From Candidatus Latescibacterota bacterium (GTDB lineage: Bacteria; Latescibacterota; UBA2968; GCA-2709665): a stretch of DNA of 64,000 nucleotides. The first letter of the stretch is position 1. Each line of letters starts with the position of its first letter. The notes beneath the pieces were generated by a model that saw only the letters and a program-made list of their open reading frames with translations, was not told the DNA's origin and ran no database searches. The stretch is from the NCBI GenBank assembly GCA_965222075.1, contig OZ244937.1, forward strand, positions 1,920,001-1,984,000. Direction: 5' to 3'. This document shows, piece after piece, positions 18,634 to 29,168 of this stretch. Made by a program: the position numbers and the translations under genes.

Positions 18634-21600
18634 TCATTCTCGGACCTGCCATCCTCTAACCTCCCCCCGGTCTGTGGCCAGCACCACGCTCCCTTCCAAA
18701 CACTCGATACAGGTGGGCATACCCGTAATATGGTCCATCCGGACAACCTCCCCCTCGCCATCTATAAAAGCCACCGTGCCGTCCTCACATCCCACGGCGA
18801 TGCGTACTTCGCCCTTCGCACCAATGCACGCCAGAACGGTTGGCGGATTGGGAAGCCGCCGGGTCCAGACCTTCCGGCACCGATGGTCCAGGGCGATCAC
18901 CATCCCGTTGGAGGTCGCTGAAAGGATCTCCTTCTTGCCGTCACCGTCCAGATCGGCAAGATCCAGATCGCGCATATTCTGCGCTGGAATGTTCTGCCCC
19001 GGCCCGAAGTTGGCGTTGTACAGCGGCGTCCCGTCACTCGCCCACACGCTCACGCGGTTCCAGGCCCCGTTGACCTCGCTGACCACCTCTTTTTTTCCGT
19101 CGCCATCTATATCATCATAAAAAATGTGCTTGCGGCTCATACACGCCCACCCCCCGATATTCGTGTGTCCGGAAGGAACGTCGTTGAAACCGCGTGGCTT
19201 TGGATCCAGCGTACGGTTGTTCACCACCGCCAGGGCGTGCGAGTCTGTGGGCTGGCGTGCAATCAGGAGGTTGATGCTCCCCGCGGGGCCGTCAATAAGC
19301 GCGAATTTCGACCCCGGCCCCCAGAACACCGGCAGCCGCTTGACGAGTTCCCCGTTCTCGTCGATGATCTCCAGCGTGCACGCACCCCCCACAAAAGCCT
19401 GACTTTTTCCGTTGAGAAACACACCTGTGTGAAGCCCGTGCACCCCCTCGTGCCCCGGAGCCGACTTGAACCAGTAGGGTTTTGCAGCCCGGAACACAGC
19501 GGGGTCTTCCTGGCACACGAACACCCACTTCCGTTCGCCGGTAGCCAGGTCAAAGGCAATCACCTTTTCGTCCACGCAGCCCACCAGCAGCAGGCCGTGT
19601 TCCTCCCACCAGCGCAACAGGCGAACAGGACCCTCCGTACGGAGCGTTCGGACCTCCTCCCCGTCCTGTCCCAACACGTGAACCCTCTCCCCTTCAGCCG
19701 CACAGATCCGTATCCCACCATCGGAGGAAATGGTCACAAGATCTACAACTTCCCCGCCCACATCTGTAGTAAAAATCGTGGGCAGCGACGGTACATCCAG
19801 CCTGAGGAGCGGGCTTGCCGCTTCTACAAACCGCTCCCGCTCTCCCCGTCCCTGGACCAGGAGCGACTTGAGCCGACCGATCACCTTTTCAAGCGCCCCC
19901 GAATCCGGCACAGCGCCTGAAACGGTATGACGTCCCGCAGCAATCCGAAATGCCGAAAGACCGTCGGACCCTCTCTCTAAATCCAGTGCCTCCCCGTCCA
20001 TCCGCAACACCGGGGCGTTCTCAAGAGCCAGACGTATCTCCGTGTCACAGTCGGCAACCACCTCCAGGATACCCTTTTGAAAGTCCCAATCGACATGTAC
20101 GGGCACATCCGCAGTAAAGAGAGGCACATCAAGCGCAGCCCCTCTCAATCCCATCCCGTGGAGATGGTCCTGTGCCAGCACCACCAGCTCGCCCTGAAGT
20201 CCACCATACTCGCCCACAACGGCAACAGCCGGCTCCGGCAGCGCCAGAACCCCTGCGTTCTCCTCCAGCCGCGCACACACCAGAGGCGTGTCCGGTGTGC
20301 CTCTGTCTCCTGCGACGAGTGAAAAGAAGATCTTCCGCCCTCCATCCTGTGTCGAACCCAGCCACGCCATCCTTGCCTCGCCATCCTCAACGGTGGTCTC
20401 AACCGGGTCCGACATACGGATCTCAAAAGGCGTCTCCATTCCTTCGATGCGAACACTACCTCCATCCGGCATCGTCTCCCATGCCCCATTCCCCTGCCAG
20501 AGGATCTCCACCTCCATATCCTCGCTGTCGGCGCGAAAGGTCAGCCTGTCCACAATCAGGGCATACCGATCCACACGTTGAGCCAGGATCCTCCGCCAGC
20601 TGCAAAACGCCGCTTTGGGTGTCTCACCCACCGCCACGGCAGTCTGCCCCACCATATCCCGGTAGCGGAACGCGGCATCCATGGCTACCTCCGGCTCCAC
20701 CATGCCATCAGCCCTTGTCAGGACCTGGTTCAGGAAACCCTCAAGCACCGTCTGTCCGCCCAGCCGCAGTTCCAGAATTGGGAACGTGTGGTACGGATTG
20801 CGCGATGCGCCGTTCAAGCCTTTGATCAGGACGAAGTCCCCCAAAGCATCGGGCGCGCTCCGAAAGCTGCTGAACTGAAAGGACTCCTCCAGCGGCAGGC
20901 CGCTGGCGCGACTCTCCCACATCGGCCGGGCTACGGATAGCGTGCTCCACTTTCTCAGCAGATTAACCGGCAGTTCCGGCTTGAGGTGGGCTTCGGGCCA
21001 GTACGACTGGCCGATACGGGAGATCTCCAGGTCAATCCCGGTGCGACGCAGATATTCCAGATAACGGCCGTCTTGCATGACATAGGCTGCCTTGTGGAGA
21101 TATCCGATGGAAGCCGCATTGAGCACCGCGTCAGGCTCGCGACCGGAAATGAGGACCTCCTGTCCGAGAAGCAGCGTGGCAAGCACTCCGTTCTCGATCA
21201 GCTTCCGGTCGCCCGTAAACAGCATGTAAGTGAGTATAGGATCCATCCCGGTATTGTACCAGTTCAGGTTGTCGTCCTCACTTTGCACCCAGTGATGCCG
21301 GTGCAGCGGAGAGAAGTACCACCTGGCACCGTCAACACAGTGCTGCCACAGCGGATCGGGATAGTCCTTTTGAAAGTACCGACCCAGGCAGTAGAGGGCA
21401 ACCGCCGACCACTTCGCGTGTCGGGTGCCCACCTGGGGTGGCGGTTCGGCGTACGCATCTTCACCTTTCAGAAAATTTTCATGGATCTGCTTGCGCCAGC
21501 CCTGCTCCTGCGGATGGCTGAGCTGTTTGGACAAGGCATTGGCGACCCGCAGGCGTTCCTCATCGGTAAACACCGGGCTCTCTTCGATCAAATCCCAGTA

Positions 21601-22386
21601 CAGAACCATTATATGGGCGCCGTAGTGGTAAGGGCCACTCAATGGCTCGTCCTTGTTTTCAACCTGTTCGCCGTCGACCTCCGCGACCTCAGCCTTCGCC
21701 TGGTCATCCGGAAAAGCCAGACGGATGGCCTCCCGGGCGTGGAATTCATCCCCCGTCATATAGTACATTGCCATCCGCTTGCTGATGCTGTTCCATCCGA
21801 ATTTGCCGTCTTTCCCCATTCCAGCAGCAATATCCCAGGTCTCGACATCTCTCACGTCCTGCGGCACCTGAATTCCCTTCCCGAGCTGGACCTCCATCAG
21901 CCAGCCGACAGAGAGCGTTCCATCGCCGGCCTCTGCCTGTGCCAACTTCTCGATGAACACCTCGACCGCCTCGGCGATTCCGACCGCGTCGCTGCCGCCT
22001 GCAAAAATAACGTTGTGACCGCCCCCGAAGGGATTGTGCAAAGACCGCACCTCATGGCCTTCCGGGCCGGGATACCGCAAATCCAGCAACGTATAGTACC
22101 GGTTGTAGAGTTCCTCGATGGTCTTATTCGTCGACCGGTTGCCCAAAACGATCAGATTGCCTGTAATCGGCACGGCTCCTGCTGGGGAATCATCCGTTGC
22201 AATGGGGACTTTAACACCTGAAAGCTTTTCAATAACCTCCTGTATCTGAGAAGCCTCCTCACCGTAGATGCCGCTGCCGGCAGTCACAATGGTTGCGTTT
22301 GACCTGCCCTCTTTTACCAGATCCGTGGTCAGATGCAAATCCTTAAGCTCTGTATAAACTGGATGAATACCTTCAACAGTCTCCAT
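18634..22386 (-). CDS. Large multidomain protein with C-terminal FG-GAP/beta-propeller (paralog A)
   Basis: About 1250 aa; 'DIDGDGKKE' and 'DLDGDGKKE' calcium-blade motifs; helical mid-domain. Start at METVEG set by alignment to paralog B. Confidence 0.75.
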   Translation of the reverse strand: METVEGIHPVYTELKDLHLTTDLVKEGRSNATIVTAGSGIYGEEASQIQEVIEKLSGVKVPIATDDSPAGAVPITGNLIVLGNRSTNKTIEELYNRYYTLLDLRYPGPEGHEVRSLHNPFGGGHNVIFAGGSDAVGIAEAVEVFIEKLAQAEAGDGTLSVGWLMEVQLGKGIQVPQDVRDVETWDIAAGMGKDGKFGWNSISKRMAMYYMTGDEFHAREAIRLAFPDDQAKAEVAEVDGEQVENKDEPLSGPYHYGAHIMVLYWDLIEESPVFTDEERLRVANALSKQLSHPQEQGWRKQIHENFLKGEDAYAEPPPQVGTRHAKWSAVALYCLGRYFQKDYPDPLWQHCVDGARWYFSPLHRHHWVQSEDDNLNWYNTGMDPILTYMLFTGDRKLIENGVLATLLLGQEVLISGREPDAVLNAASIGYLHKAAYVMQDGRYLEYLRRTGIDLEISRIGQSYWPEAHLKPELPVNLLRKWSTLSVARPMWESRASGLPLEESFQFSSFRSAPDALGDFVLIKGLNGASRNPYHTFPILELRLGGQTVLEGFLNQVLTRADGMVEPEVAMDAAFRYRDMVGQTAVAVGETPKAAFCSWRRILAQRVDRYALIVDRLTFRADSEDMEVEILWQGNGAWETMPDGGSVRIEGMETPFEIRMSDPVETTVEDGEARMAWLGSTQDGGRKIFFSLVAGDRGTPDTPLVCARLEENAGVLALPEPAVAVVGEYGGLQGELVVLAQDHLHGMGLRGAALDVPLFTADVPVHVDWDFQKGILEVVADCDTEIRLALENAPVLRMDGEALDLERGSDGLSAFRIAAGRHTVSGAVPDSGALEKVIGRLKSLLVQGRGERERFVEAASPLLRLDVPSLPTIFTTDVGGEVVDLVTISSDGGIRICAAEGERVHVLGQDGEEVRTLRTEGPVRLLRWWEEHGLLLVGCVDEKVIAFDLATGERKWVFVCQEDPAVFRAAKPYWFKSAPGHEGVHGLHTGVFLNGKSQAFVGGACTLEIIDENGELVKRLPVFWGPGSKFALIDGPAGSINLLIARQPTDSHALAVVNNRTLDPKPRGFNDVPSGHTNIGGWACMSRKHIFYDDIDGDGKKEVVSEVNGAWNRVSVWASDGTPLYNANFGPGQNIPAQNMRDLDLADLDGDGKKEILSATSNGMVIALDHRCRKVWTRRLPNPPTVLACIGAKGEVRIAVGCEDGTVAFIDGEGEVVRMDHITGMPTCIECLEGSVVLATDRGEVRGWQVRE
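22061..22293. repeat. 233-bp near-identical direct repeat, copy 1 (copy 2 at 25949-26181)
   Basis: By-eye alignment gives about 8 mismatches in 233 nt, within the N-terminal coding parts of the two paralogs. Confidence 0.85.
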
Positions 22387-22467
22387 CGGATTTCTCTCCC
22401 GTGACGGACGGCCCCTCCAAACAACCTGAATGTCCGGATACGAATACCGTCCGTATAACACCAGAAC

Positions 22468-25400
22468 CTAACGCTCCACTTTCCACCCCTTGACCTCGCC
22501 CTCCTCCGTTGCCAGCACCACACCTCCATTCAAACGCTCGATACAGGTCGGTCTGCCCGTAACCCCATCCATCCGAACGATCTCTCCTTCACCGTCCAGC
22601 ACCACCACCATACCGTCCTCGCAGCCTGCGACGATCCGCGGTGCGCCTTCCACATCAACACAGGTCAAGACAGTCGGCGGACTGGGAAGCCGTCTGGCCC
22701 AGATCTTATTGCACTGGTAGTCCAGGGCGATCACCATCCCGTTGGAGGTCGCTGCAAGGATCTCCTTCTTGCCGTCACCGTCCAGATCGGCAACATCCAG
22801 ATCGCGCACGTTTTCTGGAGGAGGGACAAGAACCGGCACCTCCTGTTTCGCCGGACCGAAGTTGACGTTGTACAGCGGCGTCCCATCGCTCGCCCACACC
22901 GTGATGTGGTTCCAGGTCCCGACGATCTCACTGATAACTTCCTTTTGCCCGTCGCCGTCCAGATCCTCATAAAAAATGTGGTTGCGGCTCGCGCATCCCC
23001 ATGCATCGACATACGTGTGGCCGGGAGGTACACCGTGGAAGCTGCGCGGCTTCGGGTCCAGCGTGCGATTGTTGATCACCGCCAGGGAGTGCGTGTCCGC
23101 GGGCCGTCGCCCAACAAGCAGATTGATGCTCCCCTCCGGACCGTCGATCAGTTCAAATACCGCGCCCGGCCCCCAGAACACAGCCACCCGCTTGACCAGT
23201 TCGCCGTTCTCGTCGATGATCTCCAGTGTACAGGCGCTTCCCACAAAGGCCTGGCTCTTCCCATCCAGAAACACACCGGCGTGAAGCCCGTGAATCCCCC
23301 CGTGCCCCGGCGCAGACTTGAACCAGTACGTCTTCGCCGCTCGGAACACATCCGGGTCCATCTCGGAAACAAAGACCCACTTGCGGTCGCCGGTAGACGG
23401 GTCAAAGGCAATCACCTTCTCGTCCGCACAGCCTGCCAGCAGCAGATTGTGCTCTTCCCACCAGCGTAGCACCCGAATAGGACCATCTGTCCAGAGCGTC
23501 CGGACCTCCGCTCCGTCCTTTGTCAACACATGTACCACTTCCCCCTCGGCCACGCAGATCCGCATCCCTCCGTCTGTGAGAATAGTGACGAGGTTCACAA
23601 CTTCGCCGCCTACACTTGTGGTAAAGACCGCGGGCAGTGTCGGAACATCGGGTCTGGGAAAGTGACCAGCAATCTCCACAAGCCGATTCCGCTCATTCCG
23701 GCCCTGGTTCAGGAGGCCATTGAGCCGACCTCTCACCTTCTCAAGCGCTTCCGGGTCCGGTCCGGCACCTGAGACGATATGCCGCCCAGCGGCAATCCGA
23801 AATGAAGTAAGACCGTCGGCCCTCCCCTCCAGACGCAACACTTCCCCATCTATCCGCAATTCGGAGACAACCCCAAGAGCCAGGCAAATCTCCGCGTCCC
23901 TATCGGATACCACCTCCAGGATACCCCTTTGAAAGTCCCAATCGACATGTACGGGCACATCCGCAGTAAAGAGAGGCGCATCAAGCGCAGCCCCCTTCAT
24001 TCCCACCCCGTGGAGATGGTCCTGAGCCAGCACAACCAGCTCGCCCTGAAGCCCACCGTACTCACCCACAACGGCAACTGCCGGCTCTGGCAGCGCCAGG
24101 GCCGCTGCGGTGTCTCCCAACCGCACACAACCCGGAGAGACATCCGAGGCGCCTTTACCACTGGCAATAAGAGAAAAGAAGATTTTCTGTTCTCCGTCCC
24201 GCACAGAATCGCGCCACACCATCCTCGCCTTTCCCAAAACCTTTTTCCGAGTTGGGCTCCCGCTCATAAAAACCATACCTCCCACTTCACCCTCGACCGT
24301 GGTCTTAAGCGGATCCGACATATGGATTCCAAGGGGTCTCTCCATTCCTTCGATGCGAACACTACCTCCATCCTGCATCGCCTCCCATGTCCCATTCCCC
24401 TGCCACTGGATTTCTACTTCCATATTCTCGCTGTCGGCGCGAAACGCCAGATTATCCACGATCAGGGCATACCGACCCACGCGTTGGGCCAGCGTCCTCC
24501 GCCAGGTGGAAAACGGCGCTTTGGGTGTCTCGCCCACCGCCACGGCGGTCTGACCGACCACATTCCGATGCCACAGCGCCGCGTCCATGGCCACCTGCGG
24601 CCCCACCATGCCGTCCGCCCTTGTCAGAACCCGGTTCAGAAAACCCTCCAGGACCGTCTGCCCGTCCAGCCGCAGTTCCAGAACCGCAAAGGTGTGATAC
24701 GGGTGGCGTCCCGCGCCGTTCCAGCCTTTGATCAGAATGAGATCCCCCGAAGCATCGGGCGCGCTTCGGAAGCTGCCAACCAGAAAGGAACCCTCAATTG
24801 GCAGCCCGCTGGAGCGCTCCTGCCACATCGGTTTAAGCATCGGTTGAATGGTCCACTTTCCCACCAGGTCCACCGGCAGTTCCGGCTTAAGGTGCGCTTC
24901 GGGCCAGAACGACTGGCCCAGGCGGAATACATCCAGGTCGATCCCCGTGCGGCGCAGATATTCCAGATAGCGGCCATCCTGCATCAGATAGGCGGCCTTA
25001 TGGAGAAATCCGATAGAAGCCGAGACGAGCACTTTGTCGGGCTCAGGACCGGAAATGAGGATCTCCTGTCCGCGAAGCAGTATGGCGAGCACCCCGTTCT
25101 CGACCGGCCCCCGATCCCCCGCAAACAGCATATAGGAGAGAGCAGGGGCGATACCGGTATTGTACCAGTAGAGATGTTCGTACGCCGCATTTACCCGATC
25201 GGGCTGATGCAGCGGGACAAAATATGCCTTGACCGCGTCAATACACTTCTGCCAGAATGGATCGGAATAGCCCCTCTGAAAATAGCGAGCGAGGCAGTAA
25301 AGGGACACGTACGACCACACCCCGTGGCGGTCACCGGCCGACCACACGCGGTCACCGGCCCTGGATTCATATATCTGCCTGCGCCAGCCCTGTTCCTGCG

Positions 25401-26298
25401 GGTGGCTGAACTGCTTGGAAAAGGCGTTGGTCACCCGCAGACGCTCCTCATCGGTAAACACCGGACTCTCTTCAATCAGATCCCAGTAGAGAATCATCAT
25501 GTGGGCGCCGTAGTGATAAGGGCCACTTAATGGCTCGTCCTTGTTCTCAATCCGTTCGTCGTCGGCCTCCGCAACCTCCTCCATCGCGCGGGCATCCGGA
25601 AAAGCCAGACGGATAAACTCCCGGGCGTGGAATTCGTCTCCGGTCATGTAATACATCGCCATCCGCTTGCTGATGCTGTTCCAGCCGAAGTAGCCCCTCG
25701 ATCCGGAACCGGCCGAGGCCTCCCAGATCTCGAACTCCCCCACATCCTCCGGCGCCTCTATCCCCTTGCCAAGCTGGATCTCCATCAACCAGCCCACAGA
25801 CAGCGTTCCATCGCCAGCCTCTGCCTGAGTCAGCTTTTCCCTGAGCACTTCCGTAGCAGAAGCCACACCGGCGCCATCGCTGCCACCTGCGAAAATAACG
25901 TTGTAACCCTCCCCGAAGGGATTGTGTAAAGACCGTACCTCATAGCCCTCCGGGCCGGGATACCGCAAATCCAGCAACGTATGGTACCGGTTGTAGAGTT
26001 CCTCGATGGTCTTATTCGTCGACCGATTGCCTAAAACGATCAGATTGCCTGTAATCGGTACGGCTCCTGCTGGGGAATCATCCGTTGCAATGGGAACTTT
26101 GACACCTGAAAGCTTTTCAATGACCTCCTGTATCTGAGAAGCCTCCTCATCGTAGATGCCGCTGCCGGCAGTCACAATGGTGGCGTTCGGCCCGCTCTGT
26201 TTCACAAGCTCGGTGGTCAGATACAGATCTTTGAGTTCCGTGTACACCGGCGGAATCTGCATGGATTGTCCTGAATCATACATAGTAGTTTTCCTCAT
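22468..26298 (-). CDS. Large multidomain protein with C-terminal FG-GAP/beta-propeller (paralog B)
   Basis: 1276 aa, collinear with 18634-22386; 4-nt overlap with the upstream gene. Exact start uncertain (26298 or 26283). Confidence 0.75.
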   Translation of the reverse strand: MRKTTMYDSGQSMQIPPVYTELKDLYLTTELVKQSGPNATIVTAGSGIYDEEASQIQEVIEKLSGVKVPIATDDSPAGAVPITGNLIVLGNRSTNKTIEELYNRYHTLLDLRYPGPEGYEVRSLHNPFGEGYNVIFAGGSDGAGVASATEVLREKLTQAEAGDGTLSVGWLMEIQLGKGIEAPEDVGEFEIWEASAGSGSRGYFGWNSISKRMAMYYMTGDEFHAREFIRLAFPDARAMEEVAEADDERIENKDEPLSGPYHYGAHMMILYWDLIEESPVFTDEERLRVTNAFSKQFSHPQEQGWRRQIYESRAGDRVWSAGDRHGVWSYVSLYCLARYFQRGYSDPFWQKCIDAVKAYFVPLHQPDRVNAAYEHLYWYNTGIAPALSYMLFAGDRGPVENGVLAILLRGQEILISGPEPDKVLVSASIGFLHKAAYLMQDGRYLEYLRRTGIDLDVFRLGQSFWPEAHLKPELPVDLVGKWTIQPMLKPMWQERSSGLPIEGSFLVGSFRSAPDASGDLILIKGWNGAGRHPYHTFAVLELRLDGQTVLEGFLNRVLTRADGMVGPQVAMDAALWHRNVVGQTAVAVGETPKAPFSTWRRTLAQRVGRYALIVDNLAFRADSENMEVEIQWQGNGTWEAMQDGGSVRIEGMERPLGIHMSDPLKTTVEGEVGGMVFMSGSPTRKKVLGKARMVWRDSVRDGEQKIFFSLIASGKGASDVSPGCVRLGDTAAALALPEPAVAVVGEYGGLQGELVVLAQDHLHGVGMKGAALDAPLFTADVPVHVDWDFQRGILEVVSDRDAEICLALGVVSELRIDGEVLRLEGRADGLTSFRIAAGRHIVSGAGPDPEALEKVRGRLNGLLNQGRNERNRLVEIAGHFPRPDVPTLPAVFTTSVGGEVVNLVTILTDGGMRICVAEGEVVHVLTKDGAEVRTLWTDGPIRVLRWWEEHNLLLAGCADEKVIAFDPSTGDRKWVFVSEMDPDVFRAAKTYWFKSAPGHGGIHGLHAGVFLDGKSQAFVGSACTLEIIDENGELVKRVAVFWGPGAVFELIDGPEGSINLLVGRRPADTHSLAVINNRTLDPKPRSFHGVPPGHTYVDAWGCASRNHIFYEDLDGDGQKEVISEIVGTWNHITVWASDGTPLYNVNFGPAKQEVPVLVPPPENVRDLDVADLDGDGKKEILAATSNGMVIALDYQCNKIWARRLPSPPTVLTCVDVEGAPRIVAGCEDGMVVVLDGEGEIVRMDGVTGRPTCIERLNGGVVLATEEGEVKGWKVER
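25949..26181. repeat. 233-bp near-identical direct repeat, copy 2
   Basis: Matches 22061-22293. Confidence 0.85.
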
Positions 26299-29114
26299 TC
26301 TGTCTCCAATCTTTGGCTCCGGCGTCCTGGCGACTCAGGATGGTAAAGCTCGAATTCAGAGGCACCAACTGACGCAAAGTCGAATTGCTGGTCTACCGCA
26401 CACAAATATCCGTCCGCGGTTACGACAAGCACCTCAGCAAGCCGGTCCCCGTCGACATCGGCGACTACAGGGGCGCTCAGAGACCGGTCCAGGTCCAGGG
26501 ACCACAACACCTTCCCTCCCTCGCTCTCTCCCTTAATCGCGTATATCCGGGAACCCGCACCAATAAACTCACTTACCCCATCCCCGTCGATGTCGGCTGT
26601 GACAATATCCCCTTTGATATCCACCTCCAGCGTCCATTTCACCCGTCCCGTCTTCGCATCGTAGCACCGCAGTTCGCCCGGGTGAGCAACCCCCAGCTCC
26701 ATCTCTCCGTCCCCATCGACATCGGCCAATCCTCCGTGGTACGTCGCCATCATCTCCGGACCGGGGTCGACCATCCAGAGGGGCTCCCGAGCCAGCGTCA
26801 TCGCACCCCATATCCCGTGGTTGGCAGAGGTCAACTGCTCTCTTTCCCCGTCTTTATTCAGGTCGGTAAGAACAATCGACCCGTAGGCCGTCCACATTCC
26901 ATCTTTGAAAATGGCAGGTGGTGACACCGGATCTTGAAGGAACGCCCCTGTGTTGCCGTTCAGCGTCACACAGAAATCCAGGCTCATCATCAGGATATCG
27001 TCGATGCCATCTCCATCCACGTCGTAAATACTCGGCAATCCGGTGGGACCCAGGCAGTGGTGGTGGTAGAACCCCGTATTCTTGCCGTCGTTGTGCCAGA
27101 GTACGCTCCCATCCCGCCCGTCCAGCGCCCAACTCTCGTTTGATGAGCCCGCTCCACCGAACGGGGTCCAGCGGGTGCAGACGTACACATCCAGCACCCC
27201 ATCCCCGTTAAAATTTCCCACCGTCCACCGGTGGACCGACCGGTACGCGGTCGCAGCAGCCATGCCGGGGACTTCCCATAACCAGCGCACGGTTCCGTCG
27301 CAATTTAACGCAGCCAGCGCGGCATTTCCTGAGCCTGTGCGTGTCCCAACCAGCACCTCCTTCCGACCGTCCCCGTCCAGGTCTGCGGCCAGGACGCCCT
27401 CGCCGCCGCTCCCCGACCAGGAGGTGCCCCAACCCCGGTAGCGCCACCTCCGCTCCAGCGGCTTTTGAGGGTCGCCCGTGGCCTTGAAGGCCTGGACCCA
27501 CCCGTCGCTGGTCTGAATAATGAGTTCGTTCTTCCCATCGCCGTCCAGGTCGGCAACCGTGGGCACCGCTGAGAATCCCCCCCCCGCCGCCCACCGACCT
27601 GAAACCGTGCCGTTTGAGTCGATCACCTGGATATACCCACGGTTATCACCCGCCAGGATCTCCGGCCGGCCGGCCCCATCCAGATCGTTCACTGCCAGGA
27701 CCTTCATCTCCATCTCGGGATCGACCTGCCACGAACGCTTCTCCCGCCAGAGGCCATCTGCGTCCGGACCAACGGCCAAAAAACGCTCCGGTGCGGCATC
27801 TCCGTCATCGTCGATCGCGACCAGCAAGTCCCCCCGGCCATCGCCGTCCCAGTCCGTTATGAAAGGCGCCTTGGGATCGTGCGAACGGGAGCCCATGCCA
27901 ATATCGTACTCCACCCGGGAATCCGCCTCCAGGCGGCACCGGGACCGTCGCCAGCGTTCCTTCCACTCCCCCTCCTCGCAGGAGATCACCACGAAATCCG
28001 AGTACTCCCGGCACGTCAAATGCCTCTGTTCCGAAAGGAGTAGCTCCATCCGCCCATCGCCGTCAACGTCGCACACCGACTCCAGGTAGCTGTTCCTCCG
28101 CTCGAACTTCAGTTCCCCCGTTGTCCCGTCGTAGAGGTGCAACCGCCAGTCCTCGTCGTAGACCGAAATGACAATCTCAATCCGCCCATCGCCGTCAACG
28201 TCGCACACCGACTTTGGAACGAAGTGCAGCAGGTGTCCTGTAAAGGGATACCACCACCCCCAGAACTTGCTCCAGAGCATACGCCCCTGTCCGTTTTCCG
28301 CTTTGATAACCACCAGCTGCAGGGCGATCAGGTCGTCCATCACCACGATTTCATTGAGCCCGTCCCCGTCTACATCCGCGATGCAACACTGCCCGTAGTT
28401 GCGCTGCTTCTGGCCTCCCGCCTCCCATTCAAAGCGAAGCTTCTCATCGCCGTTGCACACGTCCAGGGCCACCACGCCCCCCTGCACGGCCGCGCAGACC
28501 TCATACGCCCCATCGCCGTCTATGTCTCCCACCGTGGACGTAGCGTGAGCCCAGACCCCGCCTTTGTTAAACTCCTTTTCCCAGATAAGCCTTCCCTGCG
28601 CCGCACCGTCTTCAAACGTAAAAAAATGCGCGGAGTTGTACTCCTGGCACTCGGTCACTGCGGCAATCTGAAGCCCCCTGCGACCGGGATCGAGCTTCCC
28701 CACGTGTGTACGCCAGTTCGGGGCCCAGGCCGTGGGCGTGCGCCAGAGGATCGTACCGTCAACGCCGGAGACGACCACAGGCCCGTCCATCACAATCTCT
28801 TTCCGCCCATCCTCGTCCAGATCGACGATGGTTACGATCGTCCCCCCGGCCACGCTCACCCACTTCTCCTTCCCATCGACCGTCGTGGCAATCAACCGCC
28901 CTGCGCCCATACGCAGGACCTCCATTTCTCCATCTCCGTCCACATCCTCGACCACCACGTTCTCCATACGACCCCGGCCGAGATGATAACACCATTTCAC
29001 AACCGGCTGACGGATCTCGCCGGAGGCGGAAGAATGCCCCGAAAGCTGGACATCGTGGCGGGGCATCGGCCATTCACCCACCCTGTTCGGATCTGAAATA
29101 TTCGACGTTTCCAT
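26295..29114 (-). CDS. VCBS/FG-GAP repeat beta-propeller protein
   Basis: More than ten DxDGDG(x)2-3[ED] motifs; PQQ-propeller-like N-terminal 'WPMPRHD...SG'; no obvious signal peptide. Confidence 0.85.
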   Translation of the reverse strand: METSNISDPNRVGEWPMPRHDVQLSGHSSASGEIRQPVVKWCYHLGRGRMENVVVEDVDGDGEMEVLRMGAGRLIATTVDGKEKWVSVAGGTIVTIVDLDEDGRKEIVMDGPVVVSGVDGTILWRTPTAWAPNWRTHVGKLDPGRRGLQIAAVTECQEYNSAHFFTFEDGAAQGRLIWEKEFNKGGVWAHATSTVGDIDGDGAYEVCAAVQGGVVALDVCNGDEKLRFEWEAGGQKQRNYGQCCIADVDGDGLNEIVVMDDLIALQLVVIKAENGQGRMLWSKFWGWWYPFTGHLLHFVPKSVCDVDGDGRIEIVISVYDEDWRLHLYDGTTGELKFERRNSYLESVCDVDGDGRMELLLSEQRHLTCREYSDFVVISCEEGEWKERWRRSRCRLEADSRVEYDIGMGSRSHDPKAPFITDWDGDGRGDLLVAIDDDGDAAPERFLAVGPDADGLWREKRSWQVDPEMEMKVLAVNDLDGAGRPEILAGDNRGYIQVIDSNGTVSGRWAAGGGFSAVPTVADLDGDGKNELIIQTSDGWVQAFKATGDPQKPLERRWRYRGWGTSWSGSGGEGVLAADLDGDGRKEVLVGTRTGSGNAALAALNCDGTVRWLWEVPGMAAATAYRSVHRWTVGNFNGDGVLDVYVCTRWTPFGGAGSSNESWALDGRDGSVLWHNDGKNTGFYHHHCLGPTGLPSIYDVDGDGIDDILMMSLDFCVTLNGNTGAFLQDPVSPPAIFKDGMWTAYGSIVLTDLNKDGEREQLTSANHGIWGAMTLAREPLWMVDPGPEMMATYHGGLADVDGDGEMELGVAHPGELRCYDAKTGRVKWTLEVDIKGDIVTADIDGDGVSEFIGAGSRIYAIKGESEGGKVLWSLDLDRSLSAPVVADVDGDRLAEVLVVTADGYLCAVDQQFDFASVGASEFELYHPESPGRRSQRLETE

Positions 29115-29168
29115 GCGTCAACTCCTCTTTCTTTTCAGAAATGCCCGAAAGTGATCAACATTCTCCCC

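Noticed and set aside
20986-25530. Plus-strand ORFs of 411 and 533 aa that resemble each other
   Set aside because: The similarity only mirrors the duplicated minus-strand genes.
22061-26181. 233-bp repeat pair as a DGR template/variable repeat or as mobile-element ends
   Set aside because: Mismatches are mostly synonymous transitions rather than adenine-specific, both copies lie in equivalent coding positions, and no reverse transcriptase or transposase is present.
15904-29114. Enediyne biosynthetic cluster (UnbU-like plus FG-GAP genes)
   Set aside because: No PKSE, thioesterase or other biosynthetic genes in the window.
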